From NCBI GenBank assembly GCA_050294405.1, contig JBNKOC010000012.1, positions 576,001 through 640,000 on the forward strand: a DNA stretch of 64,000 nt, read 5' to 3'. Position numbers and translations under genes: made by a program. Below the pieces are notes generated by a model. That model was not told the origin of the DNA. It searched no databases and worked only from the letters and a program-made list of their open reading frames with translations. Positions 26,764 to 38,432 of this stretch are shown piece by piece (within the stretch, counting starts at the first letter, position 1; each line of letters starts with the position of its first letter). Origin of the DNA: Fibrobacteria bacterium. Lineage in GTDB: Bacteria; Fibrobacterota; Fibrobacteria; UBA11236; JADFYW01.

Positions 26764-28848
26764 TTATTGGATGACAGTTACCTTTCCAGATTGCTCTCTT
26801 ATATTCGGAAAACGAAGCTGGTACAGGTAAATACCTGGCAAAAGTGTATTTGAACGGTGAATTTGGCCTTTTATTATGGGTAGTGTTTGTAAGGATTTGC
26901 CGTTAACATTCATTAGCAAAAGGCTTCCAGATGGCCCCGGATTATTTCCAATTAATTTAAGCTGTCCGTTCCAAACAAGTTGAAAATTCTGGGTGCGTGG
27001 CTCTGGAAAAATATCTACAGCTTTATCCAACCCAGGTATTGTAGGCAACTCATTTACTTTTTCCAAAACAGCAAGTTCATTAAACAGCTTAGTGGAGTAT
27101 TGGTCCAAATCTGCAAAATCCGAATACATGGGGCTCGCCGTAACAGCGGGGAGTTTTGTTAACTTATACATGGCCCGTATTCTCACCAAGGCATCTGGGT
27201 CATTAATTCTACCCATTTCCAAAATTGCAGAGGTAGACAGATTATGTATAGGCAAGGCATCAATCACATTCCAGCGAACATGGGAACTGGGATGGGTTAT
27301 CAATTCCCTGAGTATCGGAACCCAGGTTTCGGGCTCTTCTTCGAACAATCCCCAGCCTTCAAGTGTGCGCAGGGCGTGTACAACTTTGGGAGACTGGCCG
27401 ATGGAATTGACTTGCTTTGACTCCAGCATAGTGGAAAGTTCAGCAATTACATTTTCACTGGGGCCAAAGGATAATAAAATTCTTTGGGCATGAAGCCGCC
27501 AAAGCAAATTTGGGTTGTTAAATGCATTTAGTAATTCGCTGGTTGTGGCATTTTTAAGGTCCAGTATTGGCTCCAGGGGTGAACTGTCGTAAGTTACCCG
27601 GTATACCCGGCTATGTTGGTTGTCTCTTAAAGGAGAAATTTCGGCATTGCCTAATTGGGTTCTGGGGTTATTATAACTATGAGACACATAATAGTTGTAC
27701 CAATCTAAAACCCACAAGGCCCCGTCTGGTCCTGTTAGCGCCTGAATAGGGGCTGTCCAGGCATCAGAACTGACGAAAATATTATAAGCATTTACATCTT
27801 CTGTGGCTTCAAAGCTACTTGCTTTTTCAATTAGAAAATCCTGGTGGCATAAATGGGAAGTGGGGTCACATACAAAAGCGCTTTTATTCCAATATTTTTC
27901 CGGAAAATGCCTGGCAGTGTATAGGGAATGGTTGGCGGCTGCCGCATAACCTGGGTTATTTCGATTGATTTGATCGGTGACCGGATGTGTTTCCAAAGAT
28001 GTATGGTCCGGGGTCAAGGCCAATTCTCCTGGATAAACCTGATGGAAAGAATGGGCCTGATTTGCTGTGGACACAAAAATTTGACCGGCTTCAGATAATC
28101 CAAATCCCCAGGTATTATTGCTGGTGTGTGAAAGCACCTCAAAATTGTCCGAATCGGTTCTAAAACGAATAATGGACTGACTAACATTCTGGCCTTTAAC
28201 ATTGCCCCCGCTGTATCCCACTAACCCGTAAATCCAGTTGTCCAACCCATAATGGAGGTTGGAAATGGTGGCATGTGTGTCGTCCCGATTAAAACCAGTA
28301 TATAAAATATTTCCTTTTGGGTTGTCAGCTACATCATCTCCGTCTTCATCCTTAAACAAAAGAAGGTGGGGGGCCATGGCTACGACCAATCCCTGAGCGC
28401 TATGTACAAGACCCGTTACCAGATTTAATCCTTCCGCAAATATTTTTAGATTATCGGCTGTTCCGTCTTTATCGCTGTCTTCCACAATTACAATTCTATC
28501 GGAACCCGAAAAGGGGTCTGTTAAAACCGTATGGGGGTAATCAAAAGTTTCTGCGGCCCAGAGCCGGCCTTGTTCATCAAAGTTTAGGGCCACCAAAGAT
28601 CGAATCGCGCCCATGGAACTGTCCTCGCTGGCCCATAAAGAAGCTGAAAAGCCAGGGGGTGTTTGAATACAGGCCTTGGATTCTTCAGCAGAAAGCATTA
28701 GCTGAACTCTATCCATAAAATGGGCTGGCCAATCCTCGGGGGGAGGTTCATAGGCAAAATCAGGACAGTTTTGGGAAAAAGAAGAAACAGCGAGCATTGT
28801 AAATGCGCTTATTAATAATCGCAATGGCGTACCTTTAGCTAAAAACAT
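26764..28848 (-). CDS. Secreted PVC-type dehydrogenase-like propeller/HEAT protein without CxxCH, with CTD
   Basis: PPGFSASLWASE, FDEQGRLW, DTHA, GLDNWIYG, NNTWG, GPDGALWVLDWYN, HALRTL. C-terminal PGIYLYQL. Confidence 0.8.
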   Translation of the reverse strand: MFLAKGTPLRLLISAFTMLAVSSFSQNCPDFAYEPPPEDWPAHFMDRVQLMLSAEESKACIQTPPGFSASLWASEDSSMGAIRSLVALNFDEQGRLWAAETFDYPHTVLTDPFSGSDRIVIVEDSDKDGTADNLKIFAEGLNLVTGLVHSAQGLVVAMAPHLLLFKDEDGDDVADNPKGNILYTGFNRDDTHATISNLHYGLDNWIYGLVGYSGGNVKGQNVSQSIIRFRTDSDNFEVLSHTSNNTWGFGLSEAGQIFVSTANQAHSFHQVYPGELALTPDHTSLETHPVTDQINRNNPGYAAAANHSLYTARHFPEKYWNKSAFVCDPTSHLCHQDFLIEKASSFEATEDVNAYNIFVSSDAWTAPIQALTGPDGALWVLDWYNYYVSHSYNNPRTQLGNAEISPLRDNQHSRVYRVTYDSSPLEPILDLKNATTSELLNAFNNPNLLWRLHAQRILLSFGPSENVIAELSTMLESKQVNSIGQSPKVVHALRTLEGWGLFEEEPETWVPILRELITHPSSHVRWNVIDALPIHNLSTSAILEMGRINDPDALVRIRAMYKLTKLPAVTASPMYSDFADLDQYSTKLFNELAVLEKVNELPTIPGLDKAVDIFPEPRTQNFQLVWNGQLKLIGNNPGPSGSLLLMNVNGKSLQTLPIIKGQIHRSNTLLPGIYLYQLRFPNIREQSGKVTVIQ

Positions 28849-29006
28849 TGGACCGGCCAGATTGCCGGATGTTTTAAATCCTTTCCCCGGTATAGCTTAA
28901 CATATTGGAGTTTGGCTTTGGTGTCAATAAAAACTTTGCCAAATATCCTGTGAGAAGTGAAAAAATGCTGAAATGCGCTATTAAGGAGATTTTTATCTTA
29001 AAAATA

Positions 29007-30071
29007 TCAATCAAATACATCATTGATATCTTTGCTGAAGATATCCATCCAATCGCATTCCTTAACAAATTTCCCAATAACCTGGGGGTCATATAAAATC
29101 AAACTTCTCTGGTAGGTGCTGTTTTTTGTTTTTGTTGCTACAGCATCCATTTTTACTAAATCCAGTTTTTTTAATTCGTCCAGTTTTTCTTCATTTATAT
29201 TGGTATCTTCACCCAGTTGTTCCAGATGAAGCTGTATTTGCTTAATATCTAAAACCGTAAGGTCGTTACGCCGGGTGCCACGGGTTTTTCCTGCTTCCAG
29301 GATGTAATTGGCCAGTAGTTTAGCTTCATCGGAAGATTCTTCACTTACCGGGGTTAGGCCTTTCCATTTTTTCCTTAAGAAATCATAATATATTTGAATT
29401 AGTTCAATGTCTGTTATCTTAATATAGGACTTGCCTTGTTTGTTTTTTTGGCGGGTTAAAAGAGATAACAACTCCAGACCCTTTAACAGTTTTTGAACGT
29501 CAGCGCTGGAAAGCCCAAATATGGAATAACATATTTCCCTTACCTTTTCCTCAGGGACAAATGTTCCGTTGGCATCGCTAACGGCTCCATTTTTATGAAC
29601 CTCAAGCAATGCTTTTAAAAGAGCGACTAAGCCACTTTGTAAAATATCCCGGTAATTTCTGCTGGTGGTGTCCCGAAGGCGTTGCACCACGATTTTAATT
29701 ACATTGTTAAGCCAGCTTGGCACCTTAGCCAGGGTAGCGTTTAAGTGATTCTGATCTATGGCAGTAACATATAATGGCTCTACGGCCTGTGCAGAGGCCG
29801 AGCGAGGGGCGTTGTCCAAAAGACTCATTTCGCCCAATACCGAGCCAGGGCCAAGAGTTACCAGCTCTACCATCTTAGAGCCTTCTTCTTTGAGGATTTT
29901 AACTTTACCCTTTTTAATGATAAACATCTCCGTTCCGCTGTCGCCTTCTAAAAATAAAAAGTCACCTTGCTTGACATGGCGTTCAAATTTGGATTTGGCC
30001 AACGCAGCCTGACGGCCCTGGGCTATGGGGGTTTTGGAACCGGCTTGTGGCTGTGGTGCGGAACTGGGCAT
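29007..30071 (-). CDS. cNMP-binding (Crp/Fnr-like) protein with long C-terminal extension
   Basis: LFLEGDSG, GEMSLLDNAPRSASA. Confidence 0.85.
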   Translation of the reverse strand: MPSSAPQPQAGSKTPIAQGRQAALAKSKFERHVKQGDFLFLEGDSGTEMFIIKKGKVKILKEEGSKMVELVTLGPGSVLGEMSLLDNAPRSASAQAVEPLYVTAIDQNHLNATLAKVPSWLNNVIKIVVQRLRDTTSRNYRDILQSGLVALLKALLEVHKNGAVSDANGTFVPEEKVREICYSIFGLSSADVQKLLKGLELLSLLTRQKNKQGKSYIKITDIELIQIYYDFLRKKWKGLTPVSEESSDEAKLLANYILEAGKTRGTRRNDLTVLDIKQIQLHLEQLGEDTNINEEKLDELKKLDLVKMDAVATKTKNSTYQRSLILYDPQVIGKFVKECDWMDIFSKDINDVFD

Positions 30072-30079
30072 ATTAATAA

Positions 30080-31096
30080 TCAGCTGTTAAAAGATTCCAC
30101 CCAAGGAAGAGAATCCAGGGAGTCCGTCACATTTGCAGGGTTCAATACATAGTAACCCTTTTTGGAGCTTTCGTTAGGAGGCTGGTATTTTAAAAAACCA
30201 TTATTACCCAGCGGTTTTAACATTCCTAAGGAAAATCCCTTTACTTTTTGGCTTAAAATTCTTTCCAGTTCTTCCCGGAGTAAATAGCTGTTGGCTGCTT
30301 TGTTTGTCCCCTTTTCTTTAAAAATAGCGAGGCATTGTTCCAATACCTGGACGCCTTCTTTCCCAATAGCAATTATGGGCAGCTGGGCGGATTGGTCTTT
30401 GGCAGAAAGAAATTCCACATAATATTTAAGGGCTCTAAAATTTTTAGCCACAATATGTTTAGTTCCCGTGGCCGGAACAATACGGATTAACTTTTTGTCT
30501 TCCAACCCCTTTAAATTTTGCGCCACATCACCGGATTTTAATTTAGTGATAAATTGAACTTCGGAAACAAAATTGTAATAGTCCAGGGTCCGCTCATTGC
30601 CCTGTTTTTCTTCGGCCAGTTCATCGCCTAACATGTATAGCAAATGGCAAACGGCCTTCTCACGGTTTTTTAAAATGGAAGTGCCAATGCTTTTGTTTGT
30701 ATCTCTTAAGCGGGATGTGACAATGCGGATAATGGACGTTAGCCAAATAGGAAGTAAGCTGGCCACGGCATTAAAAGTGGCTTCATTAATGATGACAGCT
30801 TTTGTTTCTTTAATGGTGGTGGCGCTGGCCGAGCGAGGCTGTTTGTCTAAAAGGGACATCTCTCCCAAAATGGCACCTGGGCCCAACACAGCCAATTGAA
30901 CTTCATCATCCTTAGTGCCTTTGGTGATTTTAATTTCACCTTCGGATATAATAAAAAGTTCGCGACCCACTTCCCCCTCTAAAAAAAGCGGGGAGCCCGG
31001 GGGAAAAATCTTAACATTTTTGGGAGGTGGCCTGCGCCCTGTCTTCAATTCGGTCCGCGTAAAGGTGGAGCCCGTCAGAGCGCGGTTGATTCCCAT
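30080..31096 (-). CDS. cNMP-binding (Crp/Fnr-like) protein, paralogue of the neighbour
   Basis: LFLEGEVG, GEMSLLDKQPRSASA. Confidence 0.85.
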   Translation of the reverse strand: MGINRALTGSTFTRTELKTGRRPPPKNVKIFPPGSPLFLEGEVGRELFIISEGEIKITKGTKDDEVQLAVLGPGAILGEMSLLDKQPRSASATTIKETKAVIINEATFNAVASLLPIWLTSIIRIVTSRLRDTNKSIGTSILKNREKAVCHLLYMLGDELAEEKQGNERTLDYYNFVSEVQFITKLKSGDVAQNLKGLEDKKLIRIVPATGTKHIVAKNFRALKYYVEFLSAKDQSAQLPIIAIGKEGVQVLEQCLAIFKEKGTNKAANSYLLREELERILSQKVKGFSLGMLKPLGNNGFLKYQPPNESSKKGYYVLNPANVTDSLDSLPWVESFNS

Positions 31097-31102
31097 GTAT
31101 GT

Positions 31103-31465
31103 TTAGCCTTTGGTGTTGTCGATCACCCTCTTTTTAATACGGGCTGCTTTACCTTGCAATCCGCGCAAATAGAAAATACGGGCGCGACGAACCTTGCCCA
31201 TTCTATCAAGGGAGATTTTGGTGATGTTGGGGGAATGTATAGGGAAAATTCTTTCAACGGGAATTTGCCCTGAAATTTTACGAACAGTAAAAGTTTCGCG
31301 AATGCCATCGCCACGACGTTGGATAACAACACCTGTATAAATCTGGGTTCGCACTTTGTTACCTTCTACTACTTTTACATGAACGCTTACGGTGTCGCCG
31401 GCTTTGAAATCCGGAATATCTGTCTTTAACGCGTCTTTTTCGATTTCCGTAATAATGCTGGACAT
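31103..31465 (-). CDS. rplS: 50S ribosomal protein L19
   Basis: [30 protein letters not shown]. Confidence 0.98.
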   Translation of the reverse strand: MSSIITEIEKDALKTDIPDFKAGDTVSVHVKVVEGNKVRTQIYTGVVIQRRGDGIRETFTVRKISGQIPVERIFPIHSPNITKISLDRMGKVRRARIFYLRGLQGKAARIKKRVIDNTKG

Positions 31466-31515
31466 GTGTCTACCTTCCTTTTGATTGTATTATAGTTATG
31501 GAAATTTTTCCGTAT

Positions 31516-32220
31516 TTATTGTTTTTTCTCCAGAATTTGGGGATTTTCGGCAGCCCATAACTCGGGACGGCGCATTTTCGTTAATTCTGCGCTTGCCTTT
31601 TCCCTCCATTCTTCAATTTTTTTGTGGTGACCTGAAATGAGCGCCTCTGGCACTTTTTTTCCCTCAAATTCAAAGGGACGGGTATAAACAGGCCACCCAA
31701 GTCGATCGCCGGTATAAAAAGAATCTGTTTCCAGAGATTTAAAATCCCCGGCCACTCCGGGCAATAGCCGTGCAACGCTGTCAATAAGCATCATTGCGGG
31801 TATTTCCCCTCCAGTTAACACAAAATCTCCAATACTAATTTCTTCGTCAACGTACTGTTCACGAATCCTTTGATCGATTCCTTTATAATGACCGCAAATG
31901 ATAAGAATATTTTGTCGATTAGCCAATTCGGCGGCCTTTTTTTGTGTATAGGGGTTGCCTTGAGGGGTGAGAAAAATCCGGTGTACCTCCCGGTCCTGGC
32001 AAATTTGCGAAATAGCATTTTTTAAGGGCTCGGGTTTTAAAACCATGCCTGGCTCCCCTCCAAAGGGCACATCGTCCACGGTTTTGTGTTTATCCAAGGC
32101 GTATTCCCGTAAATAATGAGGATAAAGCTCCAATTTGCCCAATTTTTGGGCTTTTCCAGTGATGGAGGCATTAAGGGCCGAAAACATTTGAGGAAAAAGA
32201 GTCAGCACATCAATTCTCAT
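31516..32220 (-). CDS. trmD: tRNA (guanine37-N1)-methyltransferase
   Basis: VLTLFP, VDDVPFGG, SIGDFVLTGGE, YTRP. Confidence 0.98.
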   Translation of the reverse strand: MRIDVLTLFPQMFSALNASITGKAQKLGKLELYPHYLREYALDKHKTVDDVPFGGEPGMVLKPEPLKNAISQICQDREVHRIFLTPQGNPYTQKKAAELANRQNILIICGHYKGIDQRIREQYVDEEISIGDFVLTGGEIPAMMLIDSVARLLPGVAGDFKSLETDSFYTGDRLGWPVYTRPFEFEGKKVPEALISGHHKKIEEWREKASAELTKMRRPELWAAENPQILEKKQ

Positions 32221-32773
32221 AAAGGCCCTCTAACAGGTCGAATTGAATGTGCATCTGTTGGTTTTCTTCATCTACTTTTTTTACAAAGGCCTCCACCCAG
32301 GGCACCAAATATTCCTTGTGATCCGGGTTCACCGGGTGGATTTTAATTAAATCTTGGTTGGGATACTCAAGAATCTCTACAATTTCCCCCAAATCTTTGC
32401 CCTCCATATCCACGGCCCGAAAGCCAATCACATCAGAGGTGTAAATCATATCTTCGGGAAGCTCCAGGCGGTTTTCATCTTCCACAAACAAAAGGCCCCC
32501 GCTAAATTCTTTCACGGCTTCGGGGGTTAAATAATTTTCAAATTTCAAATGCCAAAAGTTTCCCTGCAATCTTGAGGCAGCTACTTTTAAATTTATGGGC
32601 TTGGCTTTGGGATGCTTTTTAAAAACCACTTCGCTTAACTGGTTGTGGCGGTGTATATCAAAACTCTCGGGGCGAACCTTAATTTCGCCCGTTAATCCAA
32701 ATGGTTTTATAGTGGTTCCAATTAGCGTGAGTTCGGCTTGGGGCCCCTTTGGATGAGTGGAGGAAGAACTCAT
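32210..32773 (-). CDS. rimM: Ribosome maturation factor RimM
   Basis: PFGLTGEIKV, LVPWV, and its position between rpsP and trmD. Confidence 0.95.
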   Translation of the reverse strand: MSSSSTHPKGPQAELTLIGTTIKPFGLTGEIKVRPESFDIHRHNQLSEVVFKKHPKAKPINLKVAASRLQGNFWHLKFENYLTPEAVKEFSGGLLFVEDENRLELPEDMIYTSDVIGFRAVDMEGKDLGEIVEILEYPNQDLIKIHPVNPDHKEYLVPWVEAFVKKVDEENQQMHIQFDLLEGLYEN

Positions 32774-32802
32774 GGCAAGGAAGGCCCTTAATCGAGAAGG
32801 GA

Positions 32803-33270
32803 TTAACCTTCTTTTGGAGCTTCGGCAGCTTCTTCAGGAGCTGCGGCAGCAGCGGCTTCTGCTTCGGCTTTTGCCTTGGCTTCCGCTTCTGCAGCGGCTT
32901 TGGCTTCTGCTTCAGCAGCAGTTCTGGCCTGGGCTTTTTTGTTGGGTTTTGCTTTGCGCACTTTCCATTCTTTGGATTTAGGATCGTCTTCTAAAGTGGC
33001 TTTGCCAGCTTTGATTTGAGAAAACTTTTCCATAATTCCTTTAGTGTGGAACAAGGAACGTACGCTGTCAGAAACTTGTGCACCCTTTAACATCCAATCC
33101 AAAGCGGAAGCTTCGTTAACAACCAATTCAGGGGGATTGATGTTAGGGTTATAGTGGCCCACATGCTCCAAAAAACGGCCAGTGGGCTTGTAGCGGCTAT
33201 CCGCCACAGTAATTTTGTATTTGGCCTCGTGTGTGCGGCCTCTTCTAGCTAGTCGAATAACAGTAGCCAA
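32803..33270 (-). CDS. rpsP: 30S ribosomal protein S16 with Ala/Glu-rich tail
   Basis: IRLARRG, VADSR, GHYNP. TTG start with a GGAGG RBS. Confidence 0.97.
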   Translation of the reverse strand: MATVIRLARRGRTHEAKYKITVADSRYKPTGRFLEHVGHYNPNINPPELVVNEASALDWMLKGAQVSDSVRSLFHTKGIMEKFSQIKAGKATLEDDPKSKEWKVRKAKPNKKAQARTAAEAEAKAAAEAEAKAKAEAEAAAAAAPEEAAEAPKEG

Positions 33271-33725
33271 TGGTTTTCCTCCGTAAATTTTGAAGCGTAA
33301 TTTTAATAAAAAGCCTATGAAATCTAAAGGAGAAGGACAAAAAAATATTTTTTTATGGCTACTTTCCCTAAAAATCCCCTGTTTTTGCCTGTATTGGGAG
33401 GGTTTGGGGCTCCTGAATCTGGCTGAGAATGGGCTGGCATTAGGGGTTTTTAGGTTAAAAAACTTGGATTGGTTGCTTAGAACCTAAAAAATTAGTTGAT
33501 GCAATAACTGATATTTTGAATTCAACCCATTGAAAACAGCTTTGGAATTGCCGTTCCTCCACTGTTTCTGGGAAAACCAGTCTAGAGACATGTATAGAGG
33601 CTTTTTCGGAGCCTATTCTTCCCGCTAACCCCGAGTTGGAAAAAAGCCTGTTCTACTCATCCGCAAAGTATAATAACATGCGAAAGGGTGGGTTTTACAA
33701 ATCAAATGAGTTGATTTTCCCGGGA

Positions 33726-34796
<1,071 letters not shown>

Positions 34797-35100
34797 CTAA
34801 ATTTTACATGGTTTTAATGAAAACTTCCTCTCATTCAATTATACTTGATTGAACAACCCCCATCTTAATTAAATAAAATTTGAGGAATTCAACCCGTAAA
34901 TCATATCGTATAATATATGGACCCCTGGGAAAAAGTCAACTCAGATTACTTCGGGATATAGACTAAGATAGAGATTTTGATTCCTGAATCACAGTGTAGC
35001 TAATTTATTCACAATGCTGGAGGAAGAAAGAGAAAGCACACTTAATGTTCTAAATTTCACATTTTTCGCACTTAATGGGGCGATTGTCGTTCATGGAAAT

Positions 35101-35964
35101 TTAAGAAGCCGGCAGCAATTTTATCACTCCTTTTTTAAAGGCCTTGGGGCTGACCCCCAGCGCTTTTTTGAATTGCTTGCTAAAATGAAATTCATCGTAA
35201 AAACCCAAAAGCAGGGAAATTTCTTTAATGGAATAATTTTCCAGGGATAAAAATTGCTGGGCTTTTTTCATTTTGACGTTTTGAACATACTCCATTGGCG
35301 CAATTCCCATAATATCTTTGAACACGGTATGAAATTGCGGCTCGGACAAGGCGATAATTCCCGCGAGCTCGGCCCTATCGATTCTTTTTTGCAAATTGTT
35401 ATAAACATAATTCAAGACGGGCATTAACCTTTTTGTTTTGTATAGGAATCCCGCATAACCTTCTGATTTTTTACCTGCTAACAACAATGCTTTTAATAGA
35501 TTGAAGTGGCCGATGTTTCTGTCTACTAACAAATGGATGTGGTCTTTGGAATCCGATGTGTTCACACGGTCAATTTCTTCGATAGCGGCGCCTAATGTTT
35601 GCGATATTTTCCCTTTTACTATTAGTCCGAAATGATATAAGGTACTTAGTTCAATGGAACCCAAAATTGAAGCGCGCACATGAGCCCAGCGCAATACGCC
35701 TCCGGTTTTATCCATTCCCACTAAATGGTTAAGGCCAGGTGGCAGCAGCAATGTATGCCCTTTAGGGACAGTTATTCGTTTCCCTCTTTCCAAATAGCAG
35801 TAAAAATCCCCTCCAACTACATTGATTATTACAAAGTAGGGTAAAGTTCTCCAACCGGTGTTGTTGTTGGGCTTACAATGCTGGACTTTGCCAGAGTGAA
35901 AGTCGAATTCAATGGAACCTTCCATTAAATGGTTAAAATCGACATTTTGTGGAGCTTTTTTCAT
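35101..35964 (-). CDS. AraC family transcriptional regulator
   Basis: Cupin N-terminus and C-terminal LGFYDEFHFSKQFKKALGVSP. ATG 35964 preferred over 36048. Confidence 0.9.
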   Translation of the reverse strand: MKKAPQNVDFNHLMEGSIEFDFHSGKVQHCKPNNNTGWRTLPYFVIINVVGGDFYCYLERGKRITVPKGHTLLLPPGLNHLVGMDKTGGVLRWAHVRASILGSIELSTLYHFGLIVKGKISQTLGAAIEEIDRVNTSDSKDHIHLLVDRNIGHFNLLKALLLAGKKSEGYAGFLYKTKRLMPVLNYVYNNLQKRIDRAELAGIIALSEPQFHTVFKDIMGIAPMEYVQNVKMKKAQQFLSLENYSIKEISLLLGFYDEFHFSKQFKKALGVSPKAFKKGVIKLLPAS

Positions 35965-36138
35965 GATTGTGGACTGTTTAATATAGAATTTAAGTTTCTT
36001 CGGTTCCCATAGTTTAAATAATAACTGAATGAGAGTCCAGTTAGCCATACAATTTTACATGTTTCTGATTTAACTTTCCATTTGTTAGTCCTGTTAAAAT
36101 GGTACATTATGAATTGTATTTAAAATCAAGAAATCAAT

Positions 36139-37266
36139 ATGATGGATATTAGAGGATATGATTATATAGAGTACTATGTGGGCTCGTCCAAAATGGTTGC
36201 GTATTGGTTTGCAAGAGCTTTGGGCATGCAACTAACTGGGTATTCAGGTCCTGAAACCGGCCACAAAGACAGGGCCTCCTATTATCTTACTAAAAATGAA
36301 ATAAAATTTGTAGTAACATCTCCCTTAACACCAAACAATCAGGAGTTATATGGTTTTTTAAACAAACATGGTGACGGTATTAAGCGTTGGGCCATAGAGG
36401 TGGACAATGTAAAGAAATGTATTAAAACTGCCATTCAAAATGGCGGGATACCCGTGCGAGACTACCGCCGCCTTCAGGATGATTACGGCTACGTGGAAGA
36501 AGCCGCCATTAAACTATACGATGATTCCGAAATTGTATTCATAAACCGCGATCATTATAATTCCCTTTTTATGCCGGGTTTTTCGAAACCATTGCAATCC
36601 CTGAATATCGAATGTGCCGAGACAGGAATACAAAAGGTAGACCATATTGTTGGCAATGTGCGTGTTAATGAAATGGATAGATGGGCCGAATATTTCAATC
36701 AAACCCTGGGTTTTGAAACATTTGTTGATTTTAAACCGGGTGATATTGGTACAAAATATTCCGCGCTTCTTTCTAAAGTGGTTCGCAGTCGGGGCGATAA
36801 AATTAAAAACCCCATAAACGAACCTTATGAAGGGTTAAAAAAATCACAAATTGAAGAATACATCGAACACTACCATGGTTCGGGAGTTCAGCATGTGGCT
36901 ATTAGTTGCAACAACATTATGGAATCTATTCCCGCCCTCAGAAAAAATGGGATAGAATTTTTAACAGTCCCTGATGCTTATTACGAAAAATTGCGTGAAA
37001 AGAATTATCCCTTTATTACAGAAAATATTTCCGATTTGCAAAGACAGGGCATTTTGTGTGATGTGGAAGGGGAGGGATACTTACTACAGCTGTTCACCAA
37101 ACCCATTGGGGATAGGCCCACCTTTTTTTTTGAATTTATTCAGAGAAAAAACGGAAGTCAGGGCTTTGGCAAAGGCAATTTTCAAGCTCTGTTTGAATCT
37201 ATTGAATACGACCAGGCCCTACGGGGCAATTTGGAAAAAGAACCCTCGGGCCAGGCAATAATCTAA
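36139..37266 (+). CDS. hppD: 4-hydroxyphenylpyruvate dioxygenase
   Basis: DHIVGNV, SQIEEY, GVQHVA, LLQLFTKP, GFGKGNF. Confidence 0.96.
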   Translation: MMDIRGYDYIEYYVGSSKMVAYWFARALGMQLTGYSGPETGHKDRASYYLTKNEIKFVVTSPLTPNNQELYGFLNKHGDGIKRWAIEVDNVKKCIKTAIQNGGIPVRDYRRLQDDYGYVEEAAIKLYDDSEIVFINRDHYNSLFMPGFSKPLQSLNIECAETGIQKVDHIVGNVRVNEMDRWAEYFNQTLGFETFVDFKPGDIGTKYSALLSKVVRSRGDKIKNPINEPYEGLKKSQIEEYIEHYHGSGVQHVAISCNNIMESIPALRKNGIEFLTVPDAYYEKLREKNYPFITENISDLQRQGILCDVEGEGYLLQLFTKPIGDRPTFFFEFIQRKNGSQGFGKGNFQALFESIEYDQALRGNLEKEPSGQAII

Positions 37267-37268
37267 AC

Positions 37269-38432
37269 ATGTGCTATTACCACAAATGCGGCCTTTTGCC
37301 TGATGTTAAACACACTGCTTTTTACCAAAACGGGAATTCCTCCCTTTATCGAGAAGAGTTGTTTTCCAGCAAAGGATTTTCCGGAGCATATACCCTAAAA
37401 TACCACATTAACATGCCACCCGCTATGACAGGGCTCGTAGAAGAGCCTACCCCGGAATTTAAGCCATGGAAGGAATTTGCCTTGGAGCCCTATCATTTTT
37501 TCACAGAAAAAATGCCCTCTCATGGTGATTTTATAAAAAGCCGTATTCCGTTATTGGAAAATGAACATGTTCGGCTTTCCATAGCGAAAATCTCAGAAGA
37601 GAGCTCTGCTTTTTATAAAAACAGCAGGTCTTGGGAATACTTGTATATACATAAGGGCGAGGGAGAGCTGCTTTGTGATTTAGGGCGATTGCCATTAAAA
37701 CCGGGAGACCATGTTGTTATACCCAAAAATGTTATTTACCAACTTAATTTTGAAAATTATGAACAAATCAGAGTATTTATTGTGGAATCCTTGGATGCAT
37801 TGGAATTTCCTTCCCATTACCTGAATAAAAATGGGCAACTTATGGAACAGGCTCCTTTCTGCGAACGGGATATTCAAGTTCCAGATTTTGTGCCGCCTAA
37901 ATCAGAGGCAGGGGATTATAAAATTTATATCAAAAGGTCAGGCAAACTTTACTGTCAAACTGTTCCCCACCACCCCTTTGATGTGGTGGGTTGGGACGGC
38001 TATTTATATCCATACAGCCTTAATATCCACAGTTTTAACCCTGTGGTGGGCCGTATACACCTTCCACCTCCCGTCCATGCCATTTTGCAGACTCCTCACA
38101 TGGTGATTTGCAATTTTGTTCCCCGTTTGTTTGATTTTCATCCCGAAGCTATTCCCGCTCCTTATTTTCATTCTAACATCGACAGCGATGAAGTTTTATA
38201 TTATGCAGGGGGAAATTTTATGTCCCGAAGTGGCATTGAAGAGGGTTCCCTTACTTTACATCCGGCCGGGCTCATACACGGTCCCCAACCGGGAAAAACG
38301 GAAGAATCTATGGGAAAAACAACAACTGATGAACTGGCTGTCATGGTGGATACATTTGAGCCTCTAAGGCCGACCCTCCATTCCAAAGATATAATGGATG
38401 TTAATTACAAACTTTCGTGGGTGGAAAAATAA
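37269..38432 (+). CDS. hmgA: Homogentisate 1,2-dioxygenase
   Basis: HHPFDVVGWDG, HLPPPVH, PYFHSNIDSDE, HGPQPG. Confidence 0.95.
   Translation: MCYYHKCGLLPDVKHTAFYQNGNSSLYREELFSSKGFSGAYTLKYHINMPPAMTGLVEEPTPEFKPWKEFALEPYHFFTEKMPSHGDFIKSRIPLLENEHVRLSIAKISEESSAFYKNSRSWEYLYIHKGEGELLCDLGRLPLKPGDHVVIPKNVIYQLNFENYEQIRVFIVESLDALEFPSHYLNKNGQLMEQAPFCERDIQVPDFVPPKSEAGDYKIYIKRSGKLYCQTVPHHPFDVVGWDGYLYPYSLNIHSFNPVVGRIHLPPPVHAILQTPHMVICNFVPRLFDFHPEAIPAPYFHSNIDSDEVLYYAGGNFMSRSGIEEGSLTLHPAGLIHGPQPGKTEESMGKTTTDELAVMVDTFEPLRPTLHSKDIMDVNYKLSWVEK

Noticed and set aside
32815..32925. GCTTCTGC-type short repeats
   Set aside because: Explained by the Ala/Glu/Lys-rich tail of S16.
33384..33396. TTTGCCTGTATTG shared with the tRNA-linked repeat
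   Set aside because: An isolated 13-mer with no flanking similarity is compatible with chance.
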